Counted from the stretch's first letter, positions 1 through 8,502 are shown. The stretch is DNA of 64,000 bases from a virus (IMGVR_UViG_3300042398_001452); one strand, 5' to 3'. Numbers and translations: made by a program. Notes: a model not told the origin generated them from the letters alone.

Positions 1-2
1 GT

Positions 3-278
3 TGCGACGGTAATCCTTTAACTAGTCTTGTGGGAGCGCCACAGGTGGTTAGCGGGTATTTCTCCTGCACAAATACCAAGCTCACAAGTCTAGAGGGAGC
101 TCCGCTGGAATGGAAGGGAAATTATTCCAATTTTTATCGTAACCCAATTTCAGAGGATACAGTGAATCTAGTTTGGAAGACGATGAGAAAAAATAAGATC
201 GATTATCGTACTGCTTTAATTTCTCTTAAGGGTGAGATACCCGCTAAGGATTGGAAGAAGATGTCTAGTGCATTATAA
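3..278 (+). CDS. C-terminal fragment (5' truncated by window edge) of a LTSLxGAP-repeat protein, paralogous to 1508..2350
   Basis: Reading frame is open from position 3 and contains the same about 22-aa repeat (F-C-x-N-x-LTSL-GAP) as 1508..2350. The track ORF 30..278 is its in-frame tail. Confidence 0.5.
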   Translation, partial: CDGNPLTSLVGAPQVVSGYFSCTNTKLTSLEGAPLEWKGNYSNFYRNPISEDTVNLVWKTMRKNKIDYRTALISLKGEIPAKDWKKMSSAL

Positions 279-329
279 GGAGACATTTAAAAAAATTTCG
301 ATCTAGTTTTTTCTACAACAAGATTCATA

Positions 330-372
330 AATCATTTTTTTCTTTAAATAGAATTTTCTACATTAGCTAAAC
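330..372 (+). promoter_or_regulatory. EPM: conserved early-promoter-like motif (consensus AAATCATTTTTTTATTTGTAGAAAATTCTATATATTAGCTATG)
   Basis: Motif copy about 20 nt upstream of the 394 ORF. Confidence 0.55.
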
Positions 373-393
373 AAACCAATTAAATCAAATAAT

Positions 394-591
394 ATGTCTC
401 CTAAAACAAAAGAAGTGGAAGTAACACCACAAGAAGAATTGAACCAAAGGATCGCTACTGCAATAGCAAATTGCGAGGAGCTAATTCACAACCTAAGATT
501 AAGCTACGATCTTCGGGCTAACAAAAGGATATCTGATATCATCGTAGCTCAAGAGTTATCCTTGATGGAACTAAAAGCCCTCTTAAGATAA
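394..591 (+). CDS. hypothetical small protein (65 aa)
   Basis: Track ORF. The early-promoter-like motif (EPM) ends about 20 nt upstream of the ATG. Confidence 0.55.
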   Translation: MSPKTKEVEVTPQEELNQRIATAIANCEELIHNLRLSYDLRANKRISDIIVAQELSLMELKALLR

Positions 592-592
592 G

Positions 593-634
593 CGGGGTCC
601 CTCCCAGGAGGCCGCGCATGTACGTGCGTAGCAG
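593..634. repeat. GC-rich hairpin element (GCH), copy 1 of 6
   Basis: GCGGGGTCCCTCCCAGGAGGCCGCGCATGTACGTGCGTAGC contains two stacked short hairpins (CCTCC/GGAGG and CGCA/TGCG). Lies immediately 5' of an EPM. Confidence 0.55.
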
Positions 635-648
635 TAAATAATACCAGG

Positions 649-691
649 AATCATTTTTTTAATTAGCTAGATTTTTCTACATTAGAATTAA
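649..691 (+). promoter_or_regulatory. EPM copy
   Basis: GAATCATTTTTTTAATTAGCTAGATTTTTCTACATTAGAATTA upstream of the 707 ORF. Confidence 0.55.
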
Positions 692-706
692 CAAACACAT
701 AAACCT

Positions 707-1027
707 ATGAAATATTTTGGAATTGCAGATGCACACGGAATCGAAAGCTTCATTAAAGGTGATCCAAACGAGGAAGAGCACTCACGTCAAGCTATGATCC
801 TAAACCTTAGAGCAGGAGCTAACCGTCACAGACACGCAGTAGTATACGTTGTTGACATCCCTGAAGACACTGCAGAAGAGGTAGACGATCTTATCATTGC
901 TGGTAATTACATAGGTGCTTTAGAACACCTTAAAAGCTCGATAAAGGAGCTTCAACTAACTAGTCTACCCGGCGCAGAAAAGAGCTGGGGACTTATCCCG
1001 AATCCAGATTTGGATCCTTATAATTAG
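707..1027 (+). CDS. hypothetical protein (106 aa)
   Basis: Track ORF with an EPM copy upstream and a terminator hairpin downstream. Confidence 0.6.
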   Translation: MKYFGIADAHGIESFIKGDPNEEEHSRQAMILNLRAGANRHRHAVVYVVDIPEDTAEEVDDLIIAGNYIGALEHLKSSIKELQLTSLPGAEKSWGLIPNPDLDPYN

Positions 1028-1046
1028 GCGGAACCTGTCCGCTGCG

Positions 1047-1074
1047 GCCTGGGTGATTCACCCAGGCTTTTTTG
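1047..1074 (+). terminator. rho-independent terminator
   Basis: GCCTGGGTG-ATTC-ACCCAGGC hairpin plus TTTTTT. Confidence 0.7.
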
Positions 1075-1111
1075 TGAGCTAAGGTTTCCGAATGATTCTT
1101 TGAATCTCCCT

Positions 1112-1126
1112 CTGAGGAACCCCAGG
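1112..1126. repeat. CTGGGGAACCCCAGG-family palindrome (PAL)
   Basis: CTGAGGAACCCCAGG, between a terminator and an EPM. Confidence 0.6.
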
Positions 1127-1140
1127 TGATTTGATCAGGA

Positions 1141-1181
1141 AATCATTTTTTTCTTTGTAGAAAAATCCATATATTAGCTAT
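1141..1181 (+). promoter_or_regulatory. EPM copy
   Basis: AATCATTTTTTTCTTTGTAGAAAAATCCATATATTAGCTAT directly abutting ATG 1182. Confidence 0.6.
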
Positions 1182-1511
1182 ATGAAAGATAAGGATATAT
1201 TACAAAGAATCAAACAACTATCGGTTGAAGATTGGTTTAAGAATGGTGATGATGCACCTGAAGAGATCTACGATGAGCTTTATGAAATAGAAGCTGAGAA
1301 CGATGATCTTGTGTATCTTCTCGAGTTAACTATTACAGGTCCAGGTCTCACCGATGTTTGGCTTTCCCGTGGTGTACTTATTGGTGATGTTTTTGCGTGG
1401 GGAGATGGATTAGAGGAAGGTGAGGAAGTTACTGAGGATGAGATCTACGAAGATAATCAAATGTTCATAGCGGAGAGAAGAGCTAATTTAATAGAGGAGA
1501 TCGTTTTATGA
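1182..1511 (+). CDS. hypothetical acidic protein (109 aa)
   Basis: Track ORF. EPM copy immediately upstream. Stop overlaps the start of the next gene (ATGA). Confidence 0.6.
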   Translation: MKDKDILQRIKQLSVEDWFKNGDDAPEEIYDELYEIEAENDDLVYLLELTITGPGLTDVWLSRGVLIGDVFAWGDGLEEGEEVTEDEIYEDNQMFIAERRANLIEEIVL

Positions 1512-2350
1512 AGTTAACTAATGAACAAATAGAATGGTTAAATAGCTGCCAAGGATGGGCTTACTTAAAAGCTAAATGGACATTTAACGAAGAAACCGGA
1601 CTAGTAGACGTAGATGGAGATTTTAAAACCCCAAATTCCCATAATTCTTGTAAAGCTTTAGGGAGGAACGGAGGTAAAAGATATGGAGGTATTTCTGATT
1701 TTATGGGTATTAAATTCGGTACTGTTACTGGTGATTTTGATTGCTCATATAACAATCTAACAAATCTAGAGGGAGCGCCTATTTACGTGGGAAAGAATTT
1801 TGATTGCTCATATAATGATCTCACAAGCTTAGTGGGAGCACCACAAGAAGTTGGAGGTTCCTTCAGTTGTATAGATAATAATCTCACAAGTCTTATTGGA
1901 TCTCCTCGAAGGGTTAATCGTCACTTCCACTGTGCTTACAACAAACTACCAAATCTAGTAGGAGCTCCTATGTACGTGGGAGAGAATTTCTGGTGCAGTG
2001 ATTTACCCAATGATCGTCATATAGAAAGTCTGCAGGGAGCAGAAGAATGTATAATACGGGGAGATTTCGATTGTCATTACAACAAATTGAAAGATTTAAA
2101 AGGTGCTCCTAGATTAATTTACGGTCAATTTAGGGTCTATGGTAATTATGAAGGAAATTACAAACGGATTAAAAAAGATACATTCGGGATAATAACCAGG
2201 ATAATGGAAGAAAAAAATCTAGGCTATTTTGGCGCTTTGTGCTATCTAAAAGACACCTTGGATAAGAAGGAATGGAACAAGCTAGCAAAAGGATATGATA
2301 TAACAGCCGAAGCTTTAAGAGCATATTCTATTATTTCAAGATATTCATAG
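1508..2350 (+). CDS. LRR-like repeat protein (about 7 tandem 22-23-aa repeats, F-C-x-Y-N-x-LTSL-x-GAP-x-V-G)
   Basis: Internal periodicity is visible in the translation: FDCSYNNLTNLEGAP / FDCSYNDLTSLVGAP / FSCIDNNLTSLIGSP and so on. LxxNxLxxL cores resemble leucine-rich repeats. Confidence 0.7.
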   Translation: MKLTNEQIEWLNSCQGWAYLKAKWTFNEETGLVDVDGDFKTPNSHNSCKALGRNGGKRYGGISDFMGIKFGTVTGDFDCSYNNLTNLEGAPIYVGKNFDCSYNDLTSLVGAPQEVGGSFSCIDNNLTSLIGSPRRVNRHFHCAYNKLPNLVGAPMYVGENFWCSDLPNDRHIESLQGAEECIIRGDFDCHYNKLKDLKGAPRLIYGQFRVYGNYEGNYKRIKKDTFGIITRIMEEKNLGYFGALCYLKDTLDKKEWNKLAKGYDITAEALRAYSIISRYS

Positions 2351-2392
2351 AATCATTTTTTTCTTTAAGTAGAATTTTCTACATTAGCTAAG
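2351..2392 (+). promoter_or_regulatory. EPM copy
   Basis: Upstream of the 2411 ORF. Confidence 0.6.
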
Positions 2393-2410
2393 TAACCAAA
2401 ATAAAAAAAT

Positions 2411-2887
2411 ATGAGAGATCACAGAAACCCACACGGAGCAAACACTCAAGAACTAAAAGAGCAAAAATTAGCGGATAATTTATTGTTCGCTGAATTCCAA
2501 TGGAACGATGCTAAGACATTAGAAGATAAGAAACGAGCTTTAGATCAGGTCAACCTCGCTATGAAAGAGATTGAAAAATTCGAAGCTGGTAGAAAGGACA
2601 ACAAGAAACCGAACCTTTACTTCGATGTGGATCCTTCGCTTATTCCTATGATGATGCAGGAGATGGAAGCTCGTATTATACGTCACGAAAGATTACAAAA
2701 TTGGCAGAACCCCGAATGGATGGACAAGCAATTGGATGAGTTAAGCAACTTGAAAGAGATGGGCTACTCCGAAAGTGAAGCATTGAAATATGTAGGTATC
2801 CTTGGTAATTCCGTTAGAGAGGTAAGAGAGATCCTAGATCTTGGTGTCGAATGGGACAACCAATCATGGGAAGAACAAAGAGGTTAA
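2411..2887 (+). CDS. hypothetical protein (158 aa)
   Basis: Track ORF with EPM upstream. Confidence 0.6.
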   Translation: MRDHRNPHGANTQELKEQKLADNLLFAEFQWNDAKTLEDKKRALDQVNLAMKEIEKFEAGRKDNKKPNLYFDVDPSLIPMMMQEMEARIIRHERLQNWQNPEWMDKQLDELSNLKEMGYSESEALKYVGILGNSVREVREILDLGVEWDNQSWEEQRG

Positions 2888-2894
2888 TTTACAA

Positions 2895-2938
2895 AATCAT
2901 TTTTTTTATTAAATAGAATTTTCTATATTAGCTAAGTA
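2895..2938 (+). promoter_or_regulatory. EPM copy
   Basis: Upstream of the 2959 ORF. Confidence 0.6.
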
Positions 2939-2958
2939 ACTAATTAAAACTAAAACCA

Positions 2959-3330
2959 ATGGCAAAATGTAACAACTGCGGGGACGAAAGAAAAATAGTA
3001 AGAGTCCTTTCATCTTGTGGATTAACAGGAGCGCGTCAATATGTAGAAATGGGAGAATGTGATTGTGACGACATCTCAGGAAGAATGGTAGACTTTGGTG
3101 AGAATCCCCACTACGAAGAGATTGAGGCTAAAAAAAAGTCCTATCCGCCTCATATTCAAAGAAAGATCGATCAGCTTGAAGAGCTAGAAGAAATGAATAT
3201 GGCATTGGGCTTTCACGACAAGATAGCTTCTGTTAGACATTTGATTGCTAAAGAAATAGAAGAAGAGGCAAAGAAAGAAGCGAGGGTTGCTAATAAAAGA
3301 GTAGAATCCGGATGGTTCATGTATACATGA
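2959..3330 (+). CDS. hypothetical protein with N-terminal Cys cluster (123 aa)
   Basis: Track ORF with EPM upstream. Contains CNNCG...C.CDD cysteines. A terminator follows. Confidence 0.6.
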   Translation: MAKCNNCGDERKIVRVLSSCGLTGARQYVEMGECDCDDISGRMVDFGENPHYEEIEAKKKSYPPHIQRKIDQLEELEEMNMALGFHDKIASVRHLIAKEIEEEAKKEARVANKRVESGWFMYT

Positions 3331-3384
3331 ACGTAACTATATAGCCGCTGCAAAACCGAGGGGTTAAGAGATGGCAAAACCAAG

Positions 3385-3410
3385 AGAGGACTTTTAAGTC
3401 CTCTTTTTTT
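3385..3410 (+). terminator. rho-independent terminator
   Basis: AGAGGACTTTTAAGTCCTCT plus T7. Confidence 0.7.
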
Positions 3411-3442
3411 GTGAAGAAAAAAATGAAAGCAATGGAGATACT

Positions 3443-3457
3443 CTGGGGAACCCCAGG
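3443..3457. repeat. PAL copy
   Basis: CTGGGGAACCCCAGG (perfect 6+2+6 palindrome). Confidence 0.65.
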
Positions 3458-3494
3458 AATCCTGATCAGGCTAAACCTATAGGTTGATTTCTGA

Positions 3495-3537
3495 AATCAT
3501 TTTTTTATCTGTAGAAAATTCTCTATATTAGCATTGT
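3495..3537 (+). promoter_or_regulatory. EPM copy
   Basis: Upstream of the 33-aa ORF at 3555. Confidence 0.55.
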
Positions 3538-3554
3538 AACCAAAATAAAATAAT

Positions 3555-3656
3555 ATGATGTTTTTAGTAATGATCGGAGAAGCCATCGCCGCTTCAAAAA
3601 GAAATAAATCAATATCTTCCGAGAGAGTAAGATATTATTCTTGGGGATCGGAGTAA
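3555..3656 (+). CDS. possible 33-aa peptide
   Basis: Short ORF (MMFLVMIGEAIAASKRNKSISSERVRYYSWGSE) placed exactly where the EPM copy at 3495 predicts a start. Terminator at 3688. Confidence 0.3.
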   Translation: MMFLVMIGEAIAASKRNKSISSERVRYYSWGSE

Positions 3657-3687
3657 GGTAAATTCACATATCGTAATTTTATTATAA

Positions 3688-3710
3688 AGAGGCTATACGC
3701 CTCTTTTTTT
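3688..3710 (+). terminator. rho-independent terminator
   Basis: AGAGGC-TATAC-GCCTCT plus T7. Confidence 0.7.
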
Positions 3711-3714
3711 CAGA

Positions 3715-3760
3715 AATCATTTTTTTATTTATGTAGAATTTTCTATATTTGTATTGTAAC
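3715..3760 (+). promoter_or_regulatory. EPM copy
   Basis: Upstream of the 3778 ORF. Confidence 0.6.
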
Positions 3761-3777
3761 CAATTAAAATAATTAAA

Positions 3778-4278
3778 ATGAAAAAGGGGGAACTAGAAAG
3801 AGTCGAAGGCATTATAGGAAGATATGGGGGTGCAAAAGAATGCGAGATTTGGGTCACTGCGGTAGAGCCAGACGGTGACTGGGAAGCTCCAGGACATTGG
3901 CCAATGTACACTCCAACCATTAAACTATCCATAGTATTAATAAAAGAATCTGGAGAGATCGACCTAATTCTAGATAAGCTTAGAAGCGGTGATTTTACAG
4001 TTGACCTTGACGGAGCAGATTTCTGCGATGAATTGACTAACAATGTTTTGGATAAAGATAGTATAATTTACGAAGCTAGTAAAGCTAAGGATCTTGATGA
4101 ATTTATAGAAAATCTCCAGGACGAAGTATACTCTGCTACTTTAGATTGGTATCGTGAAAATTATGAGTTAGATGAGGATGATGAAGATGCGGAGGATGCT
4201 TGGAATGGCGACGGTATTAACGATGATGCTTTATCAGAGATAACATATTCGGGAGGTAAAGGATTTAAAGTCGGATAG
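3778..4278 (+). CDS. hypothetical protein (166 aa), tandem paralog of 4305..4793
   Basis: N-terminus MKKGELERVEGIIGRYG matches MKKKELERVTSIIERYA of the next gene. EPM upstream. Confidence 0.65.
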   Translation: MKKGELERVEGIIGRYGGAKECEIWVTAVEPDGDWEAPGHWPMYTPTIKLSIVLIKESGEIDLILDKLRSGDFTVDLDGADFCDELTNNVLDKDSIIYEASKAKDLDEFIENLQDEVYSATLDWYRENYELDEDDEDAEDAWNGDGINDDALSEITYSGGKGFKVG

Positions 4279-4304
4279 AAATAATTAAATTAAAAAAGAT
4301 TAAA

Positions 4305-4793
4305 ATGAAAAAGAAAGAACTGGAAAGGGTCACATCGATTATAGAAAGATACGCACCAATGATAAATTGTACTATAAATTTAATGGGCATCATAATAACG
4401 GATCCAGAAAGACTCGATTGTGCAGATAGCTTTGACGGATCAATAGATGTTCAAATAATGGACTCTCGAATAGAAGAAATAAACAAAGAAAGAGTTCTTG
4501 AAAAAATAGCTAAAGGCGATTTCAAAGTTACCTGTGAAAGAGGACCAGATGGATTTATACGCCGTTTGGATGCTCTTTTAAATAAAAAGAATATAGCTAG
4601 TAAAGCGAATATGTCTGATAATTTAGAAGAATTTGTTGAAGAATTACAAGATGAGATGAATGATATATCATGTGATTACGCAGATAAGTTATTTGGCGAC
4701 GAATGGCATCCTGATATGTTCTATGAGCAGATAAGTATTTCTTACAAGTACTTCAGTGAAGATGGTGTTATAGTATTTGATAAAGAAAAATAA
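4305..4793 (+). CDS. hypothetical protein (162 aa), tandem paralog of 3778..4278
   Basis: Shared N-terminal and mid-region similarity with the preceding gene. Terminator at 4815. Confidence 0.65.
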   Translation: MKKKELERVTSIIERYAPMINCTINLMGIIITDPERLDCADSFDGSIDVQIMDSRIEEINKERVLEKIAKGDFKVTCERGPDGFIRRLDALLNKKNIASKANMSDNLEEFVEELQDEMNDISCDYADKLFGDEWHPDMFYEQISISYKYFSEDGVIVFDKEK

Positions 4794-4814
4794 TAATATT
4801 AATACTTTAACAAG

Positions 4815-4837
4815 AAGACCCTTCGGGGTCTTTTTTT
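4815..4837 (+). terminator. rho-independent terminator
   Basis: AGACCC-TTCG-GGGTCT plus T7. Confidence 0.75.
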
Positions 4838-4868
4838 GTGGAGAAAAAACTTAGGATGTCTAGATTTA

Positions 4869-4883
4869 CTGGGGAACCCCAGG
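4869..4883. repeat. PAL copy
   Basis: CTGGGGAACCCCAGG. Confidence 0.65.
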
Positions 4884-4898
4884 TGAATTAATTTCAGA

Positions 4899-4940
4899 AA
4901 TCATTTTTTTATTTGTAGAAAATTCCATACATTAGCTAAG
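4899..4940 (+). promoter_or_regulatory. EPM copy
   Basis: Upstream of the 4954 ORF. Confidence 0.6.
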
Positions 4941-4953
4941 TAAATCAATCAGA

Positions 4954-5301
4954 ATGAAATGTCAAAGATGCGGTAACGAAGTTAAGGAACACACGATGTC
5001 TATGTTTAATATCCAAACTATTTGTTTACCTTGTAAGAAGATCGAAAAGAAGCATCCGAAATATGAAGAAGCTTGTAAAACCGATCTCGAATATATTAGG
5101 GCAGGCGACTATAACTTTCCTGGTATCGGTTGGGACGCTTTGACGTATGAGGAAAGAATAGCTTGGTTCGTTAGCAAGTATTACGAGAGTGGTATGGAAT
5201 ACCAGAGCTTACTAGTTACTATGAAGGACGAAGACCTTGACAATTTCAAATGGTACGATGAGGTGATTAAGTTTCCTAAATATAGATGCGAAATTAAATA
5301 A
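4954..5301 (+). CDS. hypothetical zinc-ribbon protein (115 aa)
   Basis: CQRCGNEV...CLPCKK gives two CxxC pairs. EPM upstream. Confidence 0.6.
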   Translation: MKCQRCGNEVKEHTMSMFNIQTICLPCKKIEKKHPKYEEACKTDLEYIRAGDYNFPGIGWDALTYEERIAWFVSKYYESGMEYQSLLVTMKDEDLDNFKWYDEVIKFPKYRCEIK

Positions 5302-5302
5302 C

Positions 5303-5638
5303 ATGGCAGAGAAAATAGACCCACTAAAAATTGCAAGGTCCTCCAGAGACATGGACGTGAAAGGACTCGTAGGATTCTTTTATGCGCACCAAAGTAAATT
5401 CTGGTCGTGGGGACCGCATAATTTTGTAGATGTCAAAGGTAGAGGCTTACGCTTTAATGTTCAAGGACACCACCACACTGGACATGTGTATCTGTTCGTT
5501 AATGGATTGGACTTGTTCGATATTTACCTTACCTCATCTCATGGTACGATAAAAGAAACTATAAACGATGTTTACTTAGACGATTTGTTTGATACTCTTG
5601 ATAAGAAGATCGAATGGATTGATATTTATGAAGATTAA
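5303..5638 (+). CDS. hypothetical protein (111 aa)
   Basis: Track ORF, translationally coupled to the upstream gene. Confidence 0.55.
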   Translation: MAEKIDPLKIARSSRDMDVKGLVGFFYAHQSKFWSWGPHNFVDVKGRGLRFNVQGHHHTGHVYLFVNGLDLFDIYLTSSHGTIKETINDVYLDDLFDTLDKKIEWIDIYED

Positions 5639-5660
5639 AATAATTTCAATTATTTTCAGA

Positions 5661-5705
5661 AATCATTTTTTTCTTTAAGTAGAAATTTCTATATTTGTAA
5701 TGTTA
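5661..5705 (+). promoter_or_regulatory. EPM copy
   Basis: Upstream of the sigma-factor gene at 5725. Confidence 0.6.
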
Positions 5706-5724
5706 ATCAATTAAACAAAAGCAA

Positions 5725-6597
5725 ATGACAAATTTAAAGCACCACGTTTTCCAACAGTCAGTTACAGGACGTAACGAAGTAGTAGACGCTTACCTAAGCG
5801 AAATCAACAAAATCTCTCCGATCACTGCGGAAGAGGAAAAAACATTATGCAGTCGAATTATCAATGGTGGAGACGAAAGAGCTCGTCAAAGATTTGTCGA
5901 GGGTAACTTAAAAATCGTTGTATCAATCGCAAAGCAGTATCAAGGTACGGGTCTAGAATTAATGGACTTGATAAACGAAGGTAATGTCGGTTTGGTTAAG
6001 GCGTCACAGTTCTACGACCCTAGTGTTAAAGAAAAATACACCGACAGTGGTAAAACTGTTCGTTTTGTATCCTTCGCAGTTTGGTGGGTTCGTCAGGCAA
6101 TCTTAGAGGCGGTAAAAGAAAAAGGTCGTATAGTTAAAGTACCACAAAATCAACTAAACGCTCAAAGAAAGATCGCTAAGGAAATGGACCAAATCATGAA
6201 GACCGAAGGATACACCTCAGTCGAAATGGCAGCGGAATCTTTAGGTTTCGAACCGGACAAATACCAAACACAATCATCGGTTTCGCTAAGCACACCAATC
6301 GGAGAAGAAGACTTCACCCTAGGCGATACAATGTCTGACGGAACAGTTTCAGATGCGGGATTAGAAAAACTAAGTTTCATTAAACAAATCTCCGCAGTAC
6401 TAAGCACCTTAGACGAAAGAGAAAACTTCGTTATCTCCAACTGGTTCGGTATCAACGGTCAATCTATAAAAAGAAAAGATGAGATCGCAAAAGAACTCGG
6501 AGTATCTCAAGAACGTATAGAACAAATCTACCACAAAGGAATTCGAAAACTTAAAGCTTCGAGCCGATCACGATTATTAAAGCCTTTCGTTTCATAG
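5725..6597 (+). CDS. sigma-70 family RNA polymerase sigma factor (phage-encoded), 290 aa
   Basis: Region 2 signature (LINEGNVGLVKA...FVSFAVWWVRQAI) and region 4.2 HTH (KDEIAKELGVSQERIEQIYHKGIRKLK). EPM upstream. Confidence 0.8.
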   Translation: MTNLKHHVFQQSVTGRNEVVDAYLSEINKISPITAEEEKTLCSRIINGGDERARQRFVEGNLKIVVSIAKQYQGTGLELMDLINEGNVGLVKASQFYDPSVKEKYTDSGKTVRFVSFAVWWVRQAILEAVKEKGRIVKVPQNQLNAQRKIAKEMDQIMKTEGYTSVEMAAESLGFEPDKYQTQSSVSLSTPIGEEDFTLGDTMSDGTVSDAGLEKLSFIKQISAVLSTLDERENFVISNWFGINGQSIKRKDEIAKELGVSQERIEQIYHKGIRKLKASSRSRLLKPFVS

Positions 6598-6620
6598 GTT
6601 TGATTGATTAACAAAAAAGA

Positions 6621-6646
6621 GAGGAGACTTCGGTCTCCTTTTTTTG
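6621..6646 (+). terminator. rho-independent terminator
   Basis: GAGGAGAC-TTCG-GTCTCC plus T7. Confidence 0.75.
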
Positions 6647-6674
6647 TGTGATATTATTCACTGAATGATAAATT

Positions 6675-6689
6675 CTGAGGTTCCCCAGG
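6675..6689. repeat. PAL copy
   Basis: CTGAGGTTCCCCAGG. Confidence 0.55.
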
Positions 6690-6764
6690 AGATTTAGTCA
6701 GGTTTAAAAAAGAAGAAAATGAAAGATTGTATTTATTATATCCCCACGAGATTAATAAGATCTA

Positions 6765-6800
6765 GGGGTCCCCACCCGGAGGCCGCGCACGCGTAGGAGG
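6765..6800. repeat. GCH copy 2
   Basis: GGGGTCCCCACCCGGAGGCCGCGCACGCGTAGGAGG, 5' of EPM 6819. Confidence 0.55.
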
Positions 6801-6818
6801 TTTTTAGAAAAAACCAGG

Positions 6819-6858
6819 AATCATTTTTTTAATTAAATAAGATTACTTATATTAGCTA
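6819..6858 (+). promoter_or_regulatory. EPM copy
   Basis: Upstream of the 6860 ORF. Confidence 0.55.
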
Positions 6859-6859
6859 T

Positions 6860-7183
6860 ATGGAAACAATCGATAGAAAGGTATTTGAATCCCATGATCT
6901 ATTTGCAGAGATCATGAAGAAGGAATCACACCACGATCATGAGATTGTTGACGAAGGACATGGTTCAAGATGGAAGGAAGATCCAGATGTAGTTAAGCTT
7001 GTTGATGACATGGGAGGTTTAAATAACATTGTAAGACTATTCTTCTCACTTGGTATCACAAAGAATTCTGAAGAATGGAGGAAACTCTACAGAGATATAG
7101 GTTATTCACTCTATGGATATTGGGAGATATTCTATTGGGATATGAATAACGAAGATGCTGCTGATTATCGTTCAGATTGTTAG
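6860..7183 (+). CDS. hypothetical protein (107 aa)
   Basis: Track ORF with EPM upstream and terminator downstream. Confidence 0.55.
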   Translation: METIDRKVFESHDLFAEIMKKESHHDHEIVDEGHGSRWKEDPDVVKLVDDMGGLNNIVRLFFSLGITKNSEEWRKLYRDIGYSLYGYWEIFYWDMNNEDAADYRSDC

Positions 7184-7204
7184 TGGTTTGATTGATTAAC
7201 AAGA

Positions 7205-7231
7205 AAAGGTCGGATTCGCATCCGGCCTTTT
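7205..7231 (+). terminator. rho-independent terminator
   Basis: GGTCGGAT-TCGC-ATCCGGCC plus TTTT. Confidence 0.6.
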
Positions 7232-7271
7232 CCGTGCTCGAAAGTTTCTGGATGTTAGCTGTGGAGATGCA

Positions 7272-7286
7272 CTGGGGAACCGCAGG
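7272..7286. repeat. PAL copy
   Basis: CTGGGGAACCGCAGG. Confidence 0.55.
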
Positions 7287-7309
7287 AACTTTAGGATGTA
7301 CCAATTAAA

Positions 7310-7350
7310 AATCATTTTTTTTATCAATGTTTTATTACTATCTTTGCATC
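7310..7350 (+). promoter_or_regulatory. EPM copy (degenerate 3' half)
   Basis: AATCATTTTTTTTATCAATGTTTTATTACTATCTTTGCATC before ATG 7351. Confidence 0.4.
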
Positions 7351-7902
7351 ATGGGATACACAACAGAATTTGAAGGTCGATTTGACCTGGATAGAGAATT
7401 AAGCGAGGAGATGTTTAATTTTCTAAAATCATTCAACGAGACAAGGAGAATGAAAAGAAAGATTAGTGACGAATTTGGTGTGGAGGGTGAATTTTTCGTA
7501 AAAGGAGGTAGCTATTTTGGTCAAGGTCGTGAGGATAATATAATTGAGTATAATGAACCTCCGAGTACACAACCCGGGCTATGGTGTCAATGGACACCTA
7601 CGGAAGACCGAAAAGGAATTGAATGGGATGGGGGAGAGAAATTTTATGACTATACCGAATGGCTAGTATATCTTGTTAATAAGATACTTGCCCCGAATGG
7701 ATATGTCTTAAACGGAGCCGTTCAATGGGAGGGTGAAGAAAGAGGTGACAGAGGAAAAATTATAGTCGAGAACAATAAAGTCTATACTAAGAAGGGAAGG
7801 TTAAAAGACGAGATAACCCCAGAAAATGCTAGGAAGTACATAGCAGGTGAAGGATGGAAATACGATTTTATGATGGCCGAGACTGTTTTAAAATTGTCTT
7901 AA
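7351..7902 (+). CDS. hypothetical protein (about 183 aa; the track ORF 7327..7902 probably starts at the internal ATG 7351)
   Basis: A degenerate EPM copy ends just before 7351. Terminator at 7921. Confidence 0.55.
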   Translation: MGYTTEFEGRFDLDRELSEEMFNFLKSFNETRRMKRKISDEFGVEGEFFVKGGSYFGQGREDNIIEYNEPPSTQPGLWCQWTPTEDRKGIEWDGGEKFYDYTEWLVYLVNKILAPNGYVLNGAVQWEGEERGDRGKIIVENNKVYTKKGRLKDEITPENARKYIAGEGWKYDFMMAETVLKLS

Positions 7903-7920
7903 TCTATAGTACGATTCTTA

Positions 7921-7946
7921 AAGGCCGATGTAGTTCGGCCTTTTTT
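7921..7946 (+). terminator. rho-independent terminator
   Basis: AGGCCGA-TGTAG-TTCGGCCT plus T6. Confidence 0.7.
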
Positions 7947-7990
7947 GTGTGCCGTAAATTATTTTTAGAAAATTCTACCTTTTTCTCAGA

Positions 7991-8032
7991 AATCATTTTT
8001 TTATTAGTAGAAAAATCCATATATTTGCTATG
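7991..8032 (+). promoter_or_regulatory. EPM copy
   Basis: Upstream of the 8054 ORF. Confidence 0.6.
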
Positions 8033-8053
8033 TAACCAATTAAAAACAACCCC

Positions 8054-8359
8054 ATGAAAAACCAAATGACAGCAGAACAGAAGGCGAAAAAAGCAGCAGC
8101 TAACAAAGCTTACCGTGAGCGTAAAAAAATGAAAGCTCAAAACTGGATGGAGCTCGACAAGTTCGAAATGAGCTTTGAACATAAAATTCGCCTTTTCAAA
8201 AACCTTAAACTGGAAATCACAAACTCCTACTGTGCGAGTCCAGGTACGGTCTTAAAGTTTGAAAGAATATCGAACGAAGACAACTTGATAGTTTTCCGAG
8301 TACGCCGCACCGGACGAAGAACTTTCTTCACCACCTCTGAAGAACTAACCGTTAGTTAG
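8054..8359 (+). CDS. member A of a 4-copy paralogous family of basic about 100-aa proteins (KAKKAAANKAYRERKK...RVRRTGRRTFFTT)
   Basis: Paralogs at 11083, 14929 and 16281 share NWMELDKFEMSFEHKIRLFKNLKLE and RVRRTGRRTFFTT. EPM upstream. Confidence 0.7.
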   Translation: MKNQMTAEQKAKKAAANKAYRERKKMKAQNWMELDKFEMSFEHKIRLFKNLKLEITNSYCASPGTVLKFERISNEDNLIVFRVRRTGRRTFFTTSEELTVS

Positions 8360-8378
8360 TTCTTTGGAAACCCCGCGA

Positions 8379-8400
8379 AGGAGCTTAGGCTCCTTTTTTT
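8379..8400 (+). terminator. rho-independent terminator
   Basis: GGAGC-TTAG-GCTCC plus T7. Confidence 0.7.
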
Positions 8401-8431
8401 GTGAACCAAGGTTTTATGGATGTTGTATTTT

Positions 8432-8446
8432 CTGGGGAACCCCAGG
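8432..8446. repeat. PAL copy
   Basis: CTGGGGAACCCCAGG. Confidence 0.65.
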
Positions 8447-8460
8447 AATCTGGATACCAA

Positions 8461-8502
8461 AATCATTTTTTTATCTCGCTGGAAAATACTATATTTACTA
8501 TA
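8461..8502 (+). promoter_or_regulatory. EPM copy
   Basis: Upstream of the small ORF at 8503. Confidence 0.55.

Noticed and set aside
1561-1755. Minus-strand ORFs fully embedded in longer plus-strand genes (1561..1755, 3729..4043, 6162..6455, 7056..7304, 7904..8182, 8770..9144, 10025..10231, 11067..11252, 11857..12147, 12611..12799, 15108..15311, 16350..16559, 17196..17426, 17509..17730, 17812..18021, 19881..20099, 28601..28870, 32963..33220, 34568..34768, 36792..36995, 37188..37379, 38816..39163, 40581..40772, 41622..41804, 42129..42344, 43197..43736, 43905..44108, 44966..45190, 45828..46010, 49892..50080, 51009..51284, 56270..56467, 57357..57545, 60424..60717, 61627..61824; also plus-strand shadows 11877..12116, 25051..25341, 30116..30313, 48296..48547, 49530..49739, 7854..8057, 15140..15394, 15549..15734)
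   Set aside because: Antisense or out-of-frame shadows of well-supported genes. They have no promoter motif, low-complexity or hydrophobic compositions typical of AT-rich shadow frames, and they break the compact co-oriented organisation.
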